DNA from: an uncultured Spirochaetota bacterium
Lineage (GTDB): Bacteria; Spirochaetota; Spirochaetia; SZUA-6; CAVTHK01
Direction: 5' to 3'
Assembly: GCA_963734495.1 (NCBI GenBank)
Contig: CAVTHK010000011.1
Location: forward strand, 256,001-320,000
Length of the DNA stretch: 64,000 bases
The stretch's first letter is position 1. Every line of letters starts with the position of its first letter. Shown piece by piece: positions 58,793-64,000 of the stretch. The notes under the pieces were generated by a model, which made no database searches, was not told the origin of the DNA, and saw only the letters and a list, made by a program, of their open reading frames with translations. Made by a program: the position numbers and the translations under genes.

Positions 58793-59539
58793 GTGGCACG
58801 AGCAGCGATGCAGATGTACACGGTCCGGGACTACGGACGCGACCTGGCGGAGCGCCTCGCCCTGGTCAGGGCCGCCGGGTTCTCATTCGTCGAGATCAGT
58901 CCCACCGGAGGCTTCGACCTGACGGTCGAGCTTCTCGAGAGCCATGACCTGACCCCCGTCTCCTCCGGCATGGACATGAAGACGTGGAGCGACGCTCCGG
59001 CGGTCGAGGAGAACTTCCGCTTTCTCGAGCACTTTCGTGCGCGGGGATCGATGAACGGGTTCTTCCATTCGGACAAGGAGGCGGACTGGGTCTCCGCGGC
59101 CGCGAAGCTCGAAGAGATGGCACAGGAGTTCCGGCGGCGCGGCTTTGTCTTTGAGTATCACAACCACGATCACGAGTACCGCCTGAGCTTTGGCGGCCGC
59201 AACGCGCTGGACGTGCTCTTTGACCACGCCCCTTCGCTGAAGTACCAGATGGACATCGGCTGGGTCACCGCGGGGGGCGCCGATCCGGTGGCGATGATGG
59301 AGAGGTACCGGGATCGGCTCACATCTGTGCATGTGAAGGATCTTCCACGGTCGTATGCGCGGGGCTCGCGGGCGACCATGCCCGACCTCGGGCGAGGCGA
59401 GACTCCGATCGCGGAGGCGGTGCAGCGGGCGGTGGGGCTCGGTGTCGGCGACTTCATCGTGGAGAACGACTTCCCCGCCGACATCCCGGCCTTCTGCCGT
59501 CGGGCGTATCGTACGCTGGATCGCCTGCTGCGCACCTGA
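58793..59539 (+). CDS. Sugar phosphate isomerase/epimerase (IolE/AP-endonuclease-2 TIM barrel)
   Basis: QMYTVRD, YHNHDHE, MDIGW, HVKD, IVEND. Confidence 0.9.
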   Translation: MARAAMQMYTVRDYGRDLAERLALVRAAGFSFVEISPTGGFDLTVELLESHDLTPVSSGMDMKTWSDAPAVEENFRFLEHFRARGSMNGFFHSDKEADWVSAAAKLEEMAQEFRRRGFVFEYHNHDHEYRLSFGGRNALDVLFDHAPSLKYQMDIGWVTAGGADPVAMMERYRDRLTSVHVKDLPRSYARGSRATMPDLGRGETPIAEAVQRAVGLGVGDFIVENDFPADIPAFCRRAYRTLDRLLRT

Positions 59540-59602
59540 GTCGGGCAGCAGGCCTCAGTCGCGGCGCGGTGAGCCTTCTTCAATTTCTCCCTTTTCCTGC
59601 GT

Positions 59603-59632
59603 TTGACCTTGCGGAGGGCGCGCCCCTATAAT
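59603..59632 (+). promoter_or_regulatory. sigma70 promoter of BMP ABC operon
   Basis: TTGACC-18-TATAAT. Confidence 0.65.
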
Positions 59633-59679
59633 CGCGCGAATCTTCGCCAAAGGTCTCTGCAAGGGATGGAGGGGAAACC

Positions 59680-60678
59680 ATGAGAAGGATCTTCGCGGTC
59701 GCAGTGGGCGTGCTCGCGCTGGCTGCGCTGGCGTTCGCCGGGGGCGGCGGCGAGAAGAAGACGGCGGGCGAGTTCAAGGTCGCCGCGGTCTTCCAGACCG
59801 CCATCGAGGAGCCGTGGGACGGCGTCATCCACCAGGCATGCCTCAAGGCGCAGAAGGAGCTCGGCATCAAGTACGAGTTCGCGGAGAAGGTCGCCGCGGC
59901 GGACTTCGAGAAGGTGCTGCGCGAGTACGCGGAGCGCGGCTTCGACCTGATCGTCGGCGATGCCTTCCTGGCCGGCGAGGAGCCCTCGCGCCGCGTGGCC
60001 AAGGACTATCCGAAGATCGCGTTCGCCTTTGGCAGCGAGTTCGGGCCCGTGGCGCCCAACTACGCGGTGTTCGACAACTGGATCCACGAGCCCGCCTACC
60101 TCTGCGGCGTGATCGCGGGCCGCGTGACGAAGAAGAACGTGCTCGGCGTCGTGGCTGCCATCCCGATCGGCGAGGTCAACCGCCTGGTCAACGCGTTCAA
60201 GGCCGGCGCCCAGTCGGTCAACAAGAACGTCAAGGTCAAGGTGGCCTACATCGGGAGCTGGTTCGATCCGCCCAAGGCCAAGGAAGCGGCCCTGGCGCAG
60301 ATCGAGGCCGGAGCCGACCTCATCTACGCCGAGCGCTTCGGCGTCTTCGAGGCGGCCAAGGAGAAGAAGGTCCTCGCATTCGGCAACATGTCCGACCAGA
60401 GCTCGCTCGCTCCCGACACCGTCATCACCGGTCCCGTCTGGAACATGTACCCGACGATCGTCTACCTCATCGACTCCGTGAAGAAGGGCGCCTTTACCGC
60501 GCAGGACCTCAAGGACTGGTCGATGATGGCGAAGGGCGGGGCGAGCCTCGCGCCGCTGCACGGCTTCGAGCAGAAGGCGCCACCCGCCGTGCTCACCGAG
60601 GTGCGCGACCTGGAGAAGAAGATCATGGCCGGCACGCTGCGCGTGCCCATCGACGAGACTCCGGCCACCTCCGACTGA
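59680..60678 (+). CDS. BMP-family ABC solute-binding protein (nucleoside-type)
   Basis: IEEPWDG, HEPAYLCG, NAFKAGA, GSWFDP..AKEAA. Confidence 0.92.
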   Translation: MRRIFAVAVGVLALAALAFAGGGGEKKTAGEFKVAAVFQTAIEEPWDGVIHQACLKAQKELGIKYEFAEKVAAADFEKVLREYAERGFDLIVGDAFLAGEEPSRRVAKDYPKIAFAFGSEFGPVAPNYAVFDNWIHEPAYLCGVIAGRVTKKNVLGVVAAIPIGEVNRLVNAFKAGAQSVNKNVKVKVAYIGSWFDPPKAKEAALAQIEAGADLIYAERFGVFEAAKEKKVLAFGNMSDQSSLAPDTVITGPVWNMYPTIVYLIDSVKKGAFTAQDLKDWSMMAKGGASLAPLHGFEQKAPPAVLTEVRDLEKKIMAGTLRVPIDETPATSD

Positions 60679-60697
60679 TCCGAGAGCATCGCGGCCC

Positions 60698-62233
60698 ATG
60701 GCCGTCGACTCCGCCGGCGCGGGCGCCTCGCCCGCGCCGATCGTCGAGATGCGCGGGATCACCAAGCGCTTTCTCGACGTGACCGCCAACGACGGGGTGG
60801 ACTTTCTCCTCTACCCCGGCGAGATCTGCGCGCTGTTAGGCGAGAACGGCGCGGGCAAGACCACCCTGATGAACGTCCTCTTCGGCTACTACGCCCCGGA
60901 CGCCGGCGAGATCCGGCTCCGGGGCGAAGCGGCCGCCCTCGCCGCGCCCCGCGACGCGATCGCCGCCGGCGTCGCGATGATCCACCAGCACTTCACGCTG
61001 GTCCCGGTGCAGACCGTGCTCGAGAACGTCGTGATCGGGACCGGGCGCGGCCTGTTCCTCGACCTGCGGGCCGCGCGCAGGCGCCTCATGGACCTCGCGG
61101 GCCGCTTTGGCCTCGCGGTCGACCCGGACTCCCGCGTGTGGACGCTGTCGGTGGGCGAGCAGCAGCGCGTCGAGATCCTGAAGGCGCTGTACCGCGACGC
61201 GCAGATCCTGATCATGGACGAGCCCACGGCGGTGCTCACGCCGGGCGAGGTGAAGCAGCTCTTCGCGACGCTGCGCATCCTGGTCCGCGAGGGTCGGTCG
61301 GTCGTCTTTATCACGCACAAGCTCAACGAGGTCATGGAAGTCGCCGACCGGGTCGTGGTCCTCCGCGCGGGCCGCGTCGCCGCGGAGCGGCGCACTTCGG
61401 AGACGAGCCGGCGGGAGCTCGCGAACCTCATGGTCGGCCGCGACGTGCTCGAGCGGCTGGAGAAGCGCCCGATGGCCGCGGGCGAGGCGCGCCTGGAGAT
61501 CCTCGGGCTTTCGGTGCGCGGGGACCGGGGGCTCGAGGCCGTCCGCGACTTGCGCCTCACTGTGCATTCCGGCGAGATCGTCGGCCTCGCCGGGGTGTCG
61601 GGCAACGGGCAGCGCGAGCTCGCCGACGCGCTCTTCGGCCTGCGGGCGCGCGCGGCGGGCACGGTGCGGGTGGGCGGCGCGACGCTGCCCGCGGCGAGCC
61701 CGGCCGCGGCCGTGGCAGCGCGGATGGCGCGCGTGCCCGAGGACCGCATGGAGACCGGGCTCGTGATGGATCTCTCGGTGCAGGAGAACCTGGTGCTCGA
61801 GCGCCATGCCTCGAGCGATCTCGCGAGGGGCGGGCTCCTGCGCCGCCCGGCCATCGGGGCCTTCGCCGGGCGGCTCATCGGCGAGTACTCGATCAGGGCC
61901 GCAGGCCGGGACGCGGCGGTCAAGACGCTTTCCGGCGGCAACCTTCAGAAGCTGATCCTCGCCCGCGAGCTTTCCGGCGCTCCCGCGGTCGTGGTCGCCG
62001 CGCAGCCCACACGGGGCCTGGACGTCGGGGCGGCCGAGTACGTGCACAAGCGGCTTCTCGCCGAGAGGGAGCGCGGCGCCGCGATCCTTGTGATCTCCGA
62101 CGACCTCGACGAGATCTTCGCCCTCTCGGACCGCATCGCGGTGCTCTACGAAGGCGCCATCGTGGGCGAGGCGGCCGCGGACGCGACGACTCGCGAGCAG
62201 GTAGGGCTCTGGATGAGCGGGGTGCGCGGATGA
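60698..62233 (+). CDS. ABC ATP-binding protein (CUT2, duplicated NBD)
   Basis: GENGAGKT, LSVGEQQ, DEPT, LSGGNLQK, QPTRGLD. Confidence 0.95.
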   Translation: MAVDSAGAGASPAPIVEMRGITKRFLDVTANDGVDFLLYPGEICALLGENGAGKTTLMNVLFGYYAPDAGEIRLRGEAAALAAPRDAIAAGVAMIHQHFTLVPVQTVLENVVIGTGRGLFLDLRAARRRLMDLAGRFGLAVDPDSRVWTLSVGEQQRVEILKALYRDAQILIMDEPTAVLTPGEVKQLFATLRILVREGRSVVFITHKLNEVMEVADRVVVLRAGRVAAERRTSETSRRELANLMVGRDVLERLEKRPMAAGEARLEILGLSVRGDRGLEAVRDLRLTVHSGEIVGLAGVSGNGQRELADALFGLRARAAGTVRVGGATLPAASPAAAVAARMARVPEDRMETGLVMDLSVQENLVLERHASSDLARGGLLRRPAIGAFAGRLIGEYSIRAAGRDAAVKTLSGGNLQKLILARELSGAPAVVVAAQPTRGLDVGAAEYVHKRLLAERERGAAILVISDDLDEIFALSDRIAVLYEGAIVGEAAADATTREQVGLWMSGVRG

Positions 62234-63330
62234 TGAGGCTCGACGTCACGAGGCGCGAGCCCCTGCCGGGCTGGGGCCGCGCGCTGCTCTCGTTGGGGGC
62301 GGTGCTCGTCACGCTCGCGCTCTCGGCCATCCCGATTCTCGCCGCGGGCGGGGACCTCGGCAAGTCGTACTACTACCTGTTCCGGGGCGCGCTGGGCACC
62401 CGCTTCAACCTCCTCGAGACCCTGGTCAAAGCGAGCCCCCTGACGTTCGTCGGGCTGGCGGTCGCGTTCGCGTTCCGCGCCCGCTTCTGGAACATCGGCG
62501 CCGAAGGGCAGCTCCTGGCCGGAGCCATCGCCGCGACGTGGGTGGGGATCAACGGGGGCGGCACGCCCGCGTTCGTGCTGCTGCCGCTGGTCATCGCCGC
62601 CGGGTTCGCGGCCGGAGGTCTCTGGGCCTCGGTGCCGGCGCTGCTGAAGACGCGGCTCAAGGTGGACGACGTCGTCTCGAGCCTGCTGCTGAACTACGTG
62701 ATGATCCACCTGATGGGCACGCTGCTCTTCGGCCCGCTGCAGCAGCCGGGTTCGAGCTGGCCGCGCTCGCCCGAGATCGTGGCTGCCGCGCGCTACCCCG
62801 TGCTCATCGCGCGCTCGCGCTTCCACCTCGGCGTGCCGCTGGCGCTGCTCGCCGCGGCCGCGGTGTGGTTCGTGAACGCGCGGACCGTCTTCGGCTACAG
62901 GGCGAAAGCCGTGGGCGCCGGCCCGCGGGCCGCGCACTTCGGCGGCATCCCGACGGAGAGCGTGCTGCTGACGACGGCCTTTGTCTCCGGCGGGCTCGCG
63001 GGCCTGGCCGGGGTCGGCGAGCTCTGCGCGATCCACTTCCACCTGCTCATGGACATCTCGCCCGGCTACGGCTACACCGGCATCGTCATCGCCATGCTCG
63101 GGGCGCTGCATCCGGTCGGGGTGGTGCTCGCGTCGCTCTTTTTCAGCATCATCATCGTCGGCGCCCAGACCATGAGCCGCATGACGGGCGTCCCCGTTTA
63201 CATCGTCGAGGTGATCCAGGGGCTCGCGCTGATGGTGATGCTGGTCTTTATGCTGCTCGCGGAGTACCGCGTGCGGCTCGCCCGGCCGGGCGCCGGCGCC
63301 GCCGGCGCGACCGCGGAGGCCAAGGCGTGA
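62230..63330 (+). CDS. ABC permease (nucleoside-type)
   Basis: WNIGAEGQ, SLLLNY, SGGLAGLAG, GYGYTGI. Confidence 0.92.
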   Translation: MMRLDVTRREPLPGWGRALLSLGAVLVTLALSAIPILAAGGDLGKSYYYLFRGALGTRFNLLETLVKASPLTFVGLAVAFAFRARFWNIGAEGQLLAGAIAATWVGINGGGTPAFVLLPLVIAAGFAAGGLWASVPALLKTRLKVDDVVSSLLLNYVMIHLMGTLLFGPLQQPGSSWPRSPEIVAAARYPVLIARSRFHLGVPLALLAAAAVWFVNARTVFGYRAKAVGAGPRAAHFGGIPTESVLLTTAFVSGGLAGLAGVGELCAIHFHLLMDISPGYGYTGIVIAMLGALHPVGVVLASLFFSIIIVGAQTMSRMTGVPVYIVEVIQGLALMVMLVFMLLAEYRVRLARPGAGAAGATAEAKA

Positions 63331-64000
63331 GCGGCGAAGCCATCGGGGCGTTCGTTACGGGGCTCCTCGGCGCCGCGATGCGGATGGCGACGCCGATCAT
63401 CCTCGCGACGCTCGGCGAGATCCTCGTGGAGCGCAGCGGCGTCCTCAACCTCGGCATCGAGGGCATCATGCTGATGGGGGCGATGAGCGGGTTCCTCGTG
63501 ACCTTCGCCACCGGCTCGGTCTGGACGGGGTTCGCCGCGGCCGCGGTCGTCGGTGTCCTCTTCGGGCTGCTGATGGCGGTGCTCGCGGTGCACCTCGGCC
63601 TGAGCCAGCACGTGTCGGGCCTCGGCCTCACGCTGTTCGCCACCGGCCTGGCGATGTTCGTCTACAGGCTGCGCTTCGGCTCGCCGACGGTGCCGCCGAC
63701 CGTGACGCCCCTCGAGCCGGTCGCGCTCCCGCTGCTCTCGCGGCTGCCCGTGATCGGCCAGGGCCTCTTTACGCAGTACTCGCTGACCTATGTCGCCTGG
63801 CTGCTGATCCCGATCGTCGCGCTGCTGCTCTACCGCACGAGGGTCGGGCTCGCGATCCGCACCGTCGGCGAGAACCCGCTCGCGGCCGACACCGTCGGCG
63901 TGAACGTGAACGCGCTCCGCACCGCCTGCCTCGCGGTCGGCGGCGCGCTCATGGGGATCGGGGGCGCGTTCCTCACCCTCGCGCACCAGAACATGTTCCT
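63327..64000 (+). CDS. ABC permease (nucleoside-type), 3'-truncated by window edge
   Basis: GTGA overlap; ATP..LGE..ERSGVLNLGIEG, GENP..AD..GVNV. Confidence 0.9.
   Translation, partial: MSGEAIGAFVTGLLGAAMRMATPIILATLGEILVERSGVLNLGIEGIMLMGAMSGFLVTFATGSVWTGFAAAAVVGVLFGLLMAVLAVHLGLSQHVSGLGLTLFATGLAMFVYRLRFGSPTVPPTVTPLEPVALPLLSRLPVIGQGLFTQYSLTYVAWLLIPIVALLLYRTRVGLAIRTVGENPLAADTVGVNVNALRTACLAVGGALMGIGGAFLTLAHQNMF

Noticed and set aside
59632-59680. Purine riboswitch before the BMP nucleoside ABC operon
   Set aside because: Leader is only about 40 nt and lacks the aptamer consensus
1-64000. tRNA, rRNA, prophage, defence or toxin-antitoxin genes
   Set aside because: No cloverleaf/T-loop context, rRNA signatures or relevant protein motifs were recognised; covariance-model scans were not run

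Overview
GC-rich bacterial chromosomal segment devoted largely to carbohydrate uptake and catabolism. The host is probably a Spirochaetia member; this is inferred only from the style of the solute-binding-protein signal peptides. The window holds five CUT1 sugar ABC clusters without their own ATPase, a BMP-type nucleoside ABC operon, a TRAP system, and many sugar enzymes: GH127-like, two DUF1593, enolase-superfamily dehydratase, HpcH aldolase, GlcNAc 2-epimerase, aldose epimerase, split transketolase and Gfo/Idh/MocA oxidoreductases. Over 20 single-base frameshifts in otherwise intact genes point to long-read consensus errors, so many long ORFs in the track are chimaeras or shadow ORFs. The most notable locus is 35850-44316: a putative sigma54-driven membrane-lipid operon (68-aa membrane peptide, plant/Chloroflexi-type MGDG-synthase-like GT28, orphan TatP(T)-like DctP, CREST-like membrane hydrolase, HAD phosphatase) divergent from a multi-TM sensor kinase with an extracytoplasmic NIDO-like domain and apparent ATC start, plus its NtrC-type activator. 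Also notable are a Pyrococcus-GalA-like GH57 next to a UbiA/three-methyltransferase cluster converging on a YghO/ceramide-synthase-like GNAT, and a compositionally distinct, decaying DUF1593/GH127 island (1-8700). No rRNA, tRNA or CRISPR array was seen. All assignments come from motif recognition without database searches.
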